Assembly: GCA_963833985.1 (NCBI GenBank)
Contig: CAWIAD010000002.1
Coordinates: forward strand, 5,280,001 to 5,344,000
From: an uncultured Planctomycetaceae bacterium
Lineage (GTDB): Bacteria > Planctomycetota > Planctomycetia > Isosphaerales > Isosphaeraceae
Length of the DNA stretch: 64,000 nucleotides
Direction of reading: 5' to 3'
Both the position numbers and the translations under genes were made by a program. The notes below the pieces were generated by a model that saw only the letters and a list, made by a program, of their open reading frames with translations, ran no database searches and was not told the origin of the DNA. Numbering within the stretch: the stretch's first letter is position 1; the number at the start of each line of letters is the position of its first letter. Shown here in pieces: positions 43,796 through 52,886 of this stretch.

Positions 43796-45934
43796 TCACG
43801 GCAGCTCATCCGGCGCACGCCGGTCTGCCAGCTCAAGGATCGTCGACTGCCGTCCGGCGGCCAGATCCCAGGTCACCGCGACGACCACGGGGTAGACCGG
43901 CGACTCTCCCTGTCCCGTGCCGATATTTGTCTGGAACGAGATGTCGCGGCCGTTGATCTGGCCGATGCAATCGCCCACCCGGAAGGCGGTGATCAGGCTG
44001 GGAACGGTCACGCTGCCGGTGAGCGGCGGAAACTCATGCGCGGCGCGAAGCTGCTCGGCGTGCGCGATGGCGAGTTTCGTGTCGTCGCGCACGCTCACCT
44101 GCTGGCTACCGGAATTGTAGAGCGAGCCTGCGGCCACGGTCTCCAGGGCGAAGTGATCACGGGCATCCACTCTGCGGCGGATGGTGAAGGTCGTGGGGGA
44201 AGCCGGGCGCGGGGGGACAACCGCGGGAAGCATCAGGTCGTCATCGATCGTCGTGGTGAGTCGAAGCACGAAGCGCGTGTTCGGGCCGCCGGGGCTGGCC
44301 TGGCTGGTGACACCCCGCAGCGTCTGGCTGGGTTCCTGCGGGTTCGTTCCCGTGTAGTCGCCGATCGGCCATGATTCGGGATCTTCGATGGTGACGAGGA
44401 TGCCCAGCCGGTCTGGCAAGAGCTCCCAGCCGCCGGCGATCGGCTGCCAGGTTCCCGAGCCGTCCCAGACGCCGGGAACCGGACCCGCGTAATTCCTGGA
44501 GAGGGCAAGCTGGGCCTTCAGGGGCTGGCCCAGCGAATCCACCGAGAACAGGGTGTTTGACCCCGTCCGCAGCCTGCGCACGTACGTGAGGTTTCCCTTG
44601 GAGTCATCCGGGAAGATCGGCGAGAGGTCGAGCGCCCTGGCGACCCACTGGCCGCTGGAGGAGTCGTAGTGTCCATCGCCGGCCTCATCGGCCACGTAGT
44701 AACGGTACTTGCGGCGGATCTCACCGCTGGCCGTGGAAAGGTTCGTCCGCAGGAACTGGAGACGGTTTGCCGCGGTCTGGTCGCCGGCCGCGGCAGTGAA
44801 CCCAGGCGCCAGCACCACCGAAAGCTCGACACGCCTTTGCGTGGTCTCGACGGTGATCGCGTTGACGATGGACCGGCCGTCGTGCGCCAGGTTCAAGGCT
44901 GCCACGTTGCAGCGAGCCGGGTCGAGGGTGCTGCCGCTGGTGAGCAAGTCAAGGTTCAGCGGCGCGGCCTGGCTGGCACCGTCCTTGCGATAGAATTCCA
45001 GGGTCTGGCACGGGTTTCCCGAACCGTCCTCGGCGGTGACGAAGCGCATGCCGAAGCCGGCGTACCCGAGCTGAAGCGAGAGGGCGTCGGGCCAGGCCAG
45101 GTTGGTGGCGTCGAAGTCGCGGATCACCACGTCGGCCGCGGTGTAGTCGCTGGCGATCTCCGGGTCGAGATACCCCGATCCCGCCACCGGCGCACGGGTC
45201 TGGAGCAGCGCGTCGAGCTGCGAGAGATCGGGATTCTTCACGTAGGTTCCGTCGTTGCAGACGCTCAGGATGTAACGCGTGAACTTACCCAGGGTCCAGT
45301 AGGCGCGCGGGTCCGGCTGGCGGTCGAGGTTCTCATCCAGGAAGACGGGATATCCGATCGACGGGTTGGATTGGCTCACGTCGTAGCCGTCCGGCGTGCA
45401 GTTGGGCTGGCCGTTCGGGTTGAACCGGGTGGGCAGGTCCACGGACACCACCGCGCCGTTCTTGGGGTCGTCCGCATGCCGCTGGTAGCGGCCGCCGATC
45501 GGGCTGTCCCAGCATCGGATGGCCGCGCCCAGGGCCATGAACGAGACGCGCTGGGAGGCGGGGCCCAGGTCCACGCGGGGCACCTGGGCAAAGCCATCGA
45601 AGAGCACCCGGCTGCTGCCTGATGGGCCCGTCGCCAGCACGATGATTCGCTGATCATTCCGGACCACGTACGGACCCGCCGCGGCGAGCGGCCAGAGCAG
45701 CTCGAACTGCGAAGGGTAATCGACGGCGGCATCCGAATCGTCGAGCAAGTAGCTGAAGTGCGCCACCGGCGGCTCGGGACCTTCGCGATACTGGATTCGA
45801 TCACACCAGACATTGGGCAGGAGCGTGTAGCCCTCACCCGCCGGCTGAGTGGAATCGTACGCGAAGACCGCCACAACGGCCGCGCTGGTGGAAAGAGGCG
45901 CCGGGTAAGGATCAAGATCGAAGCTACCGGCCAT
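43796..45934 (-). CDS. Putative tail hub (Tal/gp27/gpD-like) protein
   Basis: 712 aa; VLFDGF, C-terminal GSVTVP...FRVGD.I...VVAVTWDL...STILEL pattern typical of hub folds; synteny; GGAGG RBS. Confidence 0.55.
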   Translation of the reverse strand: MAGSFDLDPYPAPLSTSAAVVAVFAYDSTQPAGEGYTLLPNVWCDRIQYREGPEPPVAHFSYLLDDSDAAVDYPSQFELLWPLAAAGPYVVRNDQRIIVLATGPSGSSRVLFDGFAQVPRVDLGPASQRVSFMALGAAIRCWDSPIGGRYQRHADDPKNGAVVSVDLPTRFNPNGQPNCTPDGYDVSQSNPSIGYPVFLDENLDRQPDPRAYWTLGKFTRYILSVCNDGTYVKNPDLSQLDALLQTRAPVAGSGYLDPEIASDYTAADVVIRDFDATNLAWPDALSLQLGYAGFGMRFVTAEDGSGNPCQTLEFYRKDGASQAAPLNLDLLTSGSTLDPARCNVAALNLAHDGRSIVNAITVETTQRRVELSVVLAPGFTAAAGDQTAANRLQFLRTNLSTASGEIRRKYRYYVADEAGDGHYDSSSGQWVARALDLSPIFPDDSKGNLTYVRRLRTGSNTLFSVDSLGQPLKAQLALSRNYAGPVPGVWDGSGTWQPIAGGWELLPDRLGILVTIEDPESWPIGDYTGTNPQEPSQTLRGVTSQASPGGPNTRFVLRLTTTIDDDLMLPAVVPPRPASPTTFTIRRRVDARDHFALETVAAGSLYNSGSQQVSVRDDTKLAIAHAEQLRAAHEFPPLTGSVTVPSLITAFRVGDCIGQINGRDISFQTNIGTGQGESPVYPVVVAVTWDLAAGRQSTILELADRRAPDELP

Positions 45935-45967
45935 GCGGCTTGCCTCCTCTCTGAAAAGCGCGAAGGG

Positions 45968-46758
45968 TCAACCGGTCAGCCCGGCCGCGCGGAGGTCATC
46001 CAGCAGCGCGTTCTGCACCTGAGCGACGTTCTCGACGAACTGGCGCAGGTTCTCATAAGCAAGGCGGAGGTTGTTCAGATCATTCGCCTGGGCATACGGC
46101 GTACCGCCTTGACCGGTGGCGATGCCGACAAAGGCAGTGGTCTCGACGATGGACGTGTAAGCGGCCAGCGTCCTGGTGGCCGTGCTGTAGACCTGAGTGT
46201 ACGGAGACGGCCGGGCGATTGGACTGGCTCCCCAGAAGCCCAGCTTCTGCGTCGCCGACGTGCCGATCTGCGTGCCCGTATTTGCTCCCAGCCCGATGCT
46301 GGCGCCATCGCCGAGCGTGCCGCCGGCCAGCGGCAGGAACGGCAGGGCGTCGCTGCCGGCCAGCGCGCAGACCACGCGGTCATCGTGCAGGCTGGTGACG
46401 CTGCCCGGGCCGGTGACGACCGTGGCCAGCGGCACGTGCGAGGTGGAGGGGTAACCGGTGCTGGAGACGGAGAGTGTTCCCGTGGGAAGGAGGTAAAGCA
46501 CGCTCGTCTGGCTGGCCCCCAGCGTCACCAGCGGCGCCCGGCGTACGTCGCCACGGTTCCGTTCTGCAACTGGTAGCTGCCGGCGGCCACCTGGACATTC
46601 AGGCTGGCGCTGGGGACCTCGGCCAGCGAGACGCAGAGCCCGCCCACTGGCGCCAGCGCGTCGAGCAGGTCGGCGTTGGCGTTCAGCGGCACGTTCCAGT
46701 TGCGGTCGGCCACCGCGGGCTTGCCCAGCTTGGCGTTCGGCGTGTATGTCGTTGACAT
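45968..46758 (-). CDS. Putative tail fibre/minor tail protein, frameshift near 46530
   Basis: N-terminal TYTPNAKLGKPA..DRNW..PLN.N.DLLD and FLPLAGGTL motifs resemble phage fibre modules; C-terminal coiled coil. Confidence 0.65.
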
Positions 46759-46817
46759 GAACTCACTCGCATGTTGGATTCTGAAAATTCATCGGTCAGG
46801 CAAGACGACAATGATGA

Positions 46818-47510
46818 TCACTCCGGGCTGGGCTGCCAGCTCAGGGTGACCGCGCGGGACGCCGCGTCATAAGCGTACTTCAGCCTGCTGCCATCCGGAT
46901 AAGCCGCCGGCGGGCGCGGAGGGGCGTTGATGGCGAGCGTGGTCACGGCGGGCGTGCCCCGGTTGCCCGCGGCGTCCACCGGGACGACCGCGAACGACCA
47001 GTTGCCCGACGCGAGCCGCTTGCTGGTCCACTGGTACGAACTGGCTGACCGGCCGAACCCACCCTGGCCGTAGCCGCCCAGCCCGTAGCCGTCGGTGAGG
47101 ATGCCGCCGGGATAGGCTGGGATCTCGGCCAGCACCACGGTGTCGTCGACCGCGGCGCCGGGAGCGTTCGCGCCAAAGACCAGGAAGCCTGCCACGTCGT
47201 CGCTGCCGGTCGGGTCCAGATACGAGCCGCCCAGCCAGGAAAGCTGGGCGCGGTTCCCCGGCGCGGGGGGTAGCTGAGCCGAGAAATCCGTTGCCTCCTC
47301 ACCGGGCAGCACAGCCCCGATGTCAATGCGCACCTGGCTGACGGGCATGGTGATGGCCACCCAGCGCGAGGTGCCGTGCCACACCAGCGCGCCGGCGACA
47401 TAGACCTGGAAGACCGTGCCGGGGGGCGCGGATGAGGTCCACTCAAGCTGGAGCGCCGCGCCATCCCAGACCGGAGGCTTCACTTCGGTGATGGTGGATT
47501 GGTCAAACAT
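46818..47510 (-). CDS. FN3/Ig-like virion-associated protein
   Basis: LEWT, LSW, FAVVPVDAAGN, VTLSW; GYGLGGYGQGGFG motif. Confidence 0.65.
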   Translation of the reverse strand: MFDQSTITEVKPPVWDGAALQLEWTSSAPPGTVFQVYVAGALVWHGTSRWVAITMPVSQVRIDIGAVLPGEEATDFSAQLPPAPGNRAQLSWLGGSYLDPTGSDDVAGFLVFGANAPGAAVDDTVVLAEIPAYPGGILTDGYGLGGYGQGGFGRSASSYQWTSKRLASGNWSFAVVPVDAAGNRGTPAVTTLAINAPPRPPAAYPDGSRLKYAYDAASRAVTLSWQPSPE

Positions 47511-47541
47511 TCCAGAAGATCACCCATGGGTTTGGCGGCCA

Positions 47542-47916
47542 TCAGGTCAGACCGTAGAACTGGGCCTTGTACGGCAAGGCCCATCCGCCGCCGGCCGTGA
47601 GGTAAGGGCCGCGCAGGTCGGGGACGAACTCGCCGCGGTAAATCACGTTGGGCCAGGCCCGGCCGCGTTGATCGACGAGGGTTCGCGCCACGCCATCGGC
47701 ATAGCTCTGGAGCAATGACTCGGCCGCGTTCAGGTCGTCCATCGTGTCGGCCAGCAGGATTCCCTGGATCAGGAAGGTCCGTCCGCGGCCGCCGCCAAAC
47801 AGAGTTTGCGTGCCCGTGACACCGAAGAACGCATTCATTTGCTGGGCGTTGGCGCTGGCGACTTGCTGCAACTGAACCGCAGCGCCGAAGATGTTGATGC
47901 CATCGTAGGTAACCAT
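47542..47916 (-). CDS. Putative distal-tail/tube-initiator-like protein
   Basis: 124 aa, GRGRTFLIQGIL beta-strand pattern, position after the tape-measure slot. Confidence 0.5.
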   Translation of the reverse strand: MVTYDGINIFGAAVQLQQVASANAQQMNAFFGVTGTQTLFGGGRGRTFLIQGILLADTMDDLNAAESLLQSYADGVARTLVDQRGRAWPNVIYRGEFVPDLRGPYLTAGGGWALPYKAQFYGLT

Positions 47917-47978
47917 ATCTCCACTTGCTCCCATTCGATTCGGCCGCGAGATCGGGCGGAGCCGACAAGCCTCAAGCG

Positions 47979-48908
47979 TCAACCGTCGACACGGCCCCGG
48001 AAGGGCCGGGGCGCCGCGGCCGGGGAGGATGACCGGGATGTCTGTTGTGCCACGCGTTCGGCCGCTTCTTCGAGGCGGGTGACCGCCGCAAGCAGCTTGG
48101 AAGTCAGATCGCCCAGGAACTCCATGCCGCCGGAGTCGAACCCGGGCGGAACCGCGGAGGCCGATGCGACGGACCGGCTGCTTCGGAAGTCGTCCTTTCC
48201 TTGTCCGGTCCAGCGGGCGAGCGGGGCCGGATCGGCCGGGGCGTTCAAATGAGGCAGCATGCTGATCGGCGACTCCGAGTTCACGGTCGGTCCATCACCC
48301 ACGGAAGGGGTGCCTGGCGAGAGCGCCGGTGGACCATCCATGGGAAGGCCCGAGATGAGCATGCCGGAGAGGGGCTCATCCCGTTCCAGGTCGCCGGGCC
48401 CCGCACCGGAGGCCGCAGGGCCAATTGCTGGCGGTTCGCCGATCAACACCCGGTCCAGCGATGATCGATCCTGAAGCTGGAGCCCCTGCTGGTCTCCGCG
48501 AGTCGCGTGGTTCAAGCTCCCGAGAAGCGGCTCCAGGGCGGCACTGGTTTGCGTGACGACCGCGTTCATCGCCGGAAGCTGGGAATGCGCGCTCCTGGAA
48601 TCGGCAACGAACCGATCAAGCAGCGGTGTATCCAGGTGGGGAACAGGTCGCTCAGCTTGCAAAGAATGCTGTGGATTTGAAGTTGGGCCAGAATTGCCGG
48701 GCGCTTCCCCTGACACCCCGGCTGGCGCGATGACGGGCGGCCGCGGCGCGACCGTCAGCGGATCGTGGCCCTGGCCCTGCTCAAGGCCTGTCAGCGACGC
48801 CAGCTCCAGTCCGGCATCATGGATGAAAGGCCGCAGCGACTCATCGGCAGCCGCCACCTCCAGACGCAGTGTGCGGGTCTCGTCGGTATCTGGTCTTTGC
48901 GGGTTCAA
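47979..48908 (-). CDS. Hypothetical low-complexity protein in the tape-measure position
   Basis: Only ORF between the chaperone and the distal-tail-like gene; C-terminal amphipathic helix; TTG start uncertain. Confidence 0.45.
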   Translation of the reverse strand: MNPQRPDTDETRTLRLEVAAADESLRPFIHDAGLELASLTGLEQGQGHDPLTVAPRPPVIAPAGVSGEAPGNSGPTSNPQHSLQAERPVPHLDTPLLDRFVADSRSAHSQLPAMNAVVTQTSAALEPLLGSLNHATRGDQQGLQLQDRSSLDRVLIGEPPAIGPAASGAGPGDLERDEPLSGMLISGLPMDGPPALSPGTPSVGDGPTVNSESPISMLPHLNAPADPAPLARWTGQGKDDFRSSRSVASASAVPPGFDSGGMEFLGDLTSKLLAAVTRLEEAAERVAQQTSRSSSPAAAPRPFRGRVDG

Positions 48909-49087
48909 TCGTGCGTCCTCGACTCAGAGTCCATCTTATTCGGGAAGCATGGGGCCCTTGGTTGTCCTGGCGTGCCGAGCAGGGAGTCGGACCGGACCCT
49001 GCCTCCCCGGACCTCAAGCCCGGGTTCTCAGGTACGGAAGAATGCAGCGGAAACCTGCGACGTGGAAATCTGCGACGTGGAAGATTC

Positions 49088-49653
49088 TCAGAACAAGGCT
49101 TCGAGAGCGGCGTCCGCGGAGCGGGTGGAGAGGCTCTCGATCGCTTGCGCGGGTGGTCGCGCACGGCCGAGGGAAACGAGCATCAATGCGATGCCGATGG
49201 CGTCCTCCCAGGGCAGGTCCTGGGTGATCCCATTTGCAATCAGGGTGTGGCGGACCCATCGGCTGAAGGTTTTGGGGGACGGCCCAGAAGCACCTGGTTG
49301 ATCGCGGCCCAGCGCACTTCGCAGGCGGGGTCGGCCACGTCGATGACCAGGAGCGTGCGGAGGTCGGGGTCGGCAAGGTGGTAATTGCGGCACAGGAGCT
49401 CCGCGGCCATCTGAAACTGCAGGGCCAGGCGTCCGGCCGTGTCGGCGGGGTCGCAGTCCACCAGCCGATCGACCAGATCGTCGTAATCCCATCCATGGCT
49501 GAGCCCGCCCCCGACCGTCAGCTGGCCGTCGGCTCCCCGCACCGGGTAGAGCCGGAGCCAGGGCTTTGGAAAGGTCCACTCCTGGCCGTCACCGAGGATG
49601 ATCTTCGTCCCCTCGGTGAAGCCGGGCTGTCGCAGTGCGCGTTCATCAAGCAT
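49088..49653 (-). CDS. Tail assembly chaperone pair G (49240..49653) / GT (to 49088) via -1 programmed frameshift
   Basis: AGGAGG RBS; in-frame C CCA AAA heptamer at 49276..49270 shortly before the stop; -1 frame stays open for about 60 codons. Confidence 0.75.
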
Positions 49654-49945
49654 GGCCTGCCTCCTGCACGAGGAAGCCGTGCTCGGAGCCGTCGGGCTGC
49701 GGCACCCAGTGATAGCGGGGCTTGCCTTCGCGATCATTACCGACCGGAAATTGCAAGGTGTCGAGCGGGTCGGCCGTCACGAACAGCCGGCCGCCCGGCT
49801 GGCGGCGGATGTAAGCGCGCTGGCCGCGCGAGCGGTCCACGTTCAGCAGCGGCTCGGCGACTGCCAGGATGGAATCGATCCGGTCAAGCTGTGTCTGGCC
49901 CTTCTTCCATGCCTCGGGAAGAAGGAGTGCATCGGGAGAATTCAT
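49646..49945 (-). CDS. Hypothetical protein, overlapping the chaperone start
   Basis: 99 aa; stop codon overlaps the first codons of the chaperone gene. Confidence 0.6.
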   Translation of the reverse strand: MNSPDALLLPEAWKKGQTQLDRIDSILAVAEPLLNVDRSRGQRAYIRRQPGGRLFVTADPLDTLQFPVGNDREGKPRYHWVPQPDGSEHGFLVQEAGHA

Positions 49946-50009
49946 GGTGATATTGGGGAATGCGAATGGAGAATGCGGAAGCGGGAACACGCAGGTCGGC
50001 AACCCGTGA

Positions 50010-51775
50010 TCAGCGGCCGGGCGAAGCGGACCGCTCCCAGACTTGCCAGGACGGGCCGGCCTCAAGCTGCGTCCAGTTGTGATGGGTCAGGTACGGGGGA
50101 ACGGGCTGGTCCGGGCGAAGACCCACGTAGCGAACGCGCAAGCGGTCGAGCGTGGGCTCGGGGTCCCTGACCACATCGTCGAAGGCGGCAAGGCGATTGG
50201 CAATTCTGCGGCGGGAGTCGGCGGGGTCCCGGGTCCACGGTCCCCAGCTGGCACCTGACCCGGTCTGAAATGTCCGCTTCTGGGAAGCCTCGAACATCTC
50301 GCGGCTCTCGCCCAGCAAGAAATGATTGAGCGCCACCCGCTGGTCCAGCTCGGCGTCGGTCACACCGGGACTGAGGAACACCCAGTAATTGTCCAGGGGC
50401 CGCTGATTCTCGAGGATCGACGCGAGACTGACGAACCGATCCTCGCCGGCGACCGTGGAGTTGGCGGCAAGCCGCGCGGCTGGCCCGGTCAATCGCTGTT
50501 TCTCGTAATTCTGAAACGCTTGAACCTGCTCGAGACCTGCCTGGGCACGCGCCCCTCGGCGGCGCGCAGGCCCACACCCATGAGGACATCGGCAATTGTC
50601 AAGAGTGCCAGCAGCGCCAGCCCCAGACGTGCTTTCCATCCGCGCTGCGGTAGCATCGAGGCAGCCATGGCCAGCTGCAAGAGCGAGGAGCATGGGCCCC
50701 AGAGGTACATCCAGTGATAGTTCTCAACGTTCAAGCCAGTGAATACATGATTTTTGAAAAGCAGCAAGCCGGCCAGGCCCATGGCCCAGAGGTAGACGAG
50801 CTCGCGCCGGCGCATCCAGACCCAGACCAGGCTGGCGGCCAGGACCAGGCTGGCCACCAGTGGGAACCTCATGTCCGTGAAGCGAGCGACGTGCACGAAC
50901 TTGTCGGACCGGATCAGCCAGTCCGGCGCCGAGTTTTGCTTGAGCGAGAAATCGTGGAAGAGGCGGAAGCTCCCCAGCACGCCGCCGACCAGTCCGGTCC
51001 AGAGATACACACGGCGATGGCCCGGGTCGATCAGGAATGCCAGGGCGAGCGCCGAGGTCGCCGTGGTCCAGAAGTAGGGGTAAACATGGAACAGAAGCCC
51101 GTAGCTCAGGCCCGCGAGTGCCAGGGACCAGGTCGTCGGCGACTGGCGCGCGCGGACGACCAGCCAGAGGTTCAGCAAGAGATAGGCCATGGTCAGCGCG
51201 GGAGTGGCCACGCGCCATTCCGCGTGAAAGAAGTCTCCGCCCGTCGGGTTCGAGCTGCCGCCCAGTACAGCCGCAGTGGCCTGAGCCTGGCGGAAGAACA
51301 GGCCACAGGAGAGTAGCCCCGCGTCCACGAGCAGGATCACGGTGAGTGCCGCGGCGATCCAGGGCCGCGGGAGGACTTGCCGGACGAGCAGGTACCAGGT
51401 GATCCCCAGGCTCAGCCCAGAGAGGATGCGCCACCAGAGGTCGATTGCCAGCGGCCCGCCTCCAGACGCCCATGCCAGCCAGACGCCAGGCAGCAGTGGA
51501 AGCTGCCGGAAGAGGCTGGCACCGCCGGAGACCAGGACGGGATCCGAGAGGTAGGCCGGATGATTGAAGTATGCCTGGCTTCCCAGGGCGAGCATGAACA
51601 GCTCGTCCCCGTTGCCGATCCAGATCAACACCCCGCGACTGAACCACTGCACCACCGCGGGAAGCAACGCCATGACCAGGCCCACGATCAGGCAGGTCGT
51701 GATGGGCAAGAGCTCGGCCAGAGACCGGCGATCGTGTTCACCCTGGAGTGCGGTCTCGGATGCAAGTCGAGTCAA
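50010..51775 (-). CDS. Polytopic membrane protein, GT-C glycosyltransferase-like, frameshift near 50550
   Basis: Many hydrophobic segments, GDE after the first TM segment, soluble C-terminal domain in the second ORF. Confidence 0.55.
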
Positions 51776-51945
51776 CGGTTTCCTGCCCTCTGGGACATGA
51801 CCCGGAGATCACGGGATCAAGGCTGACGCCATGGCGACACAGCGGGAGGTCGCGCACCCCAAGAGAATACCCGCTGAGTCGATGCGTGGCGAGCCTGGAT
51901 CACCCCGGCCGGCGGGGCACCGAGGTGGAATGCACCGGAGGTTGC

Positions 51946-52362
51946 TCAAGCCCGGGTAAAGCTCAGCGGGTTGGTTTTTCCATCGCTGGAGAAGGCCACG
52001 AGCTGGAGCGTTGCGGTGCCGAATTCGTTGTGCGAGCCGGAGGTCTGGACGTTCTCGCAGACGGCGTTGGCCATCACGTAAAGAATGTCGCCGCCAGTCG
52101 CCCCGGCCGCATCCTTGTGAGTCGCGCTGAAGGATGCGTTGGTACCCGGTGCGATGCCCATCAGCGTTGCGGTATCGGCGCTCGTGACCGAGGCGCGAGG
52201 CTTGTTCATGAGGTTCACAACCACCGTGGGGTAGTGATCCCCGTCCGCCGAGTATGATGCCAGCGAGCCACCCTGGGAGAAGGTCACCTGGGAGACCCGG
52301 GTGATGCTCGTGGTCCCAAGGGAGACCGCCGTCCAGTTTGCTTGCAGCCTGGTTGCCGCCAT
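51946..52362 (-). CDS. Putative major tail tube protein
   Basis: 138 aa, Thr/Ser/Ala-rich beta pattern, GAGGAG RBS, between the terminator-like gene and the chaperone. Confidence 0.65.
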   Translation of the reverse strand: MAATRLQANWTAVSLGTTSITRVSQVTFSQGGSLASYSADGDHYPTVVVNLMNKPRASVTSADTATLMGIAPGTNASFSATHKDAAGATGGDILYVMANAVCENVQTSGSHNEFGTATLQLVAFSSDGKTNPLSFTRA

Positions 52363-52413
52363 GGAAGAAACTCCTCTGCCAGGTCATGACCTGTTCTGGA
52401 GAAAGGGAAACAC

Positions 52414-52869
52414 TTACTCCGATGTATTGAGCCCATTCCAACCTGAGCCGAGATACTGGAGTTCGAGCACCGCCGAGATTCTCCGCTCCGGCGCCCTCGG
52501 CTTCTGCCATGCCCAGGAGGTGACCTGGGTCCGGGCCGGAAGCACCAGGCCGCCCAGCGAGCTACCCCCGAGGGCATCGATGGCGACGTTCAGCAGCAGT
52601 TCCGCGGTCTCGTCGCGAAGCTGGGGATCCTCATGCCGCGCCAGGATGATGAGGTTCACCCGGCAGGACAGCAGCGGATCGCCCTGGTAGTCGTCCGAGG
52701 GCTGGGCCTGGGCTGTCTGCCAGGGCTCGATGGCCACGGCATGGCTGTCGGCTGCCGACTCACCCCGGTCTTCGGGCAGCCCCGAGAGGTAGACGCCGTC
52801 GAAGGCGCCGGTCTGCTCGAGCAGCTCCGCAACCTGATTGCGAATGTCTCTTTCGCGAAACGAAAGCAT
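52414..52869 (-). CDS. Putative tail terminator/completion protein
   Basis: 151 aa; R.IRN.V.ELL N-terminal helix, DALGGSSLGGLV, terminal beta strand; immediately upstream of the tube gene. Confidence 0.6.
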   Translation of the reverse strand: MLSFRERDIRNQVAELLEQTGAFDGVYLSGLPEDRGESAADSHAVAIEPWQTAQAQPSDDYQGDPLLSCRVNLIILARHEDPQLRDETAELLLNVAIDALGGSSLGGLVLPARTQVTSWAWQKPRAPERRISAVLELQYLGSGWNGLNTSE

Positions 52870-52886
52870 GGCGAACCTCGTGGTGC

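Noticed and set aside
42249..52869. Contractile injection system / R-type tailocin
   Set aside because: No sheath or baseplate wedge (gpJ/gp25-like) gene was recognised, and a capsid gene is present.
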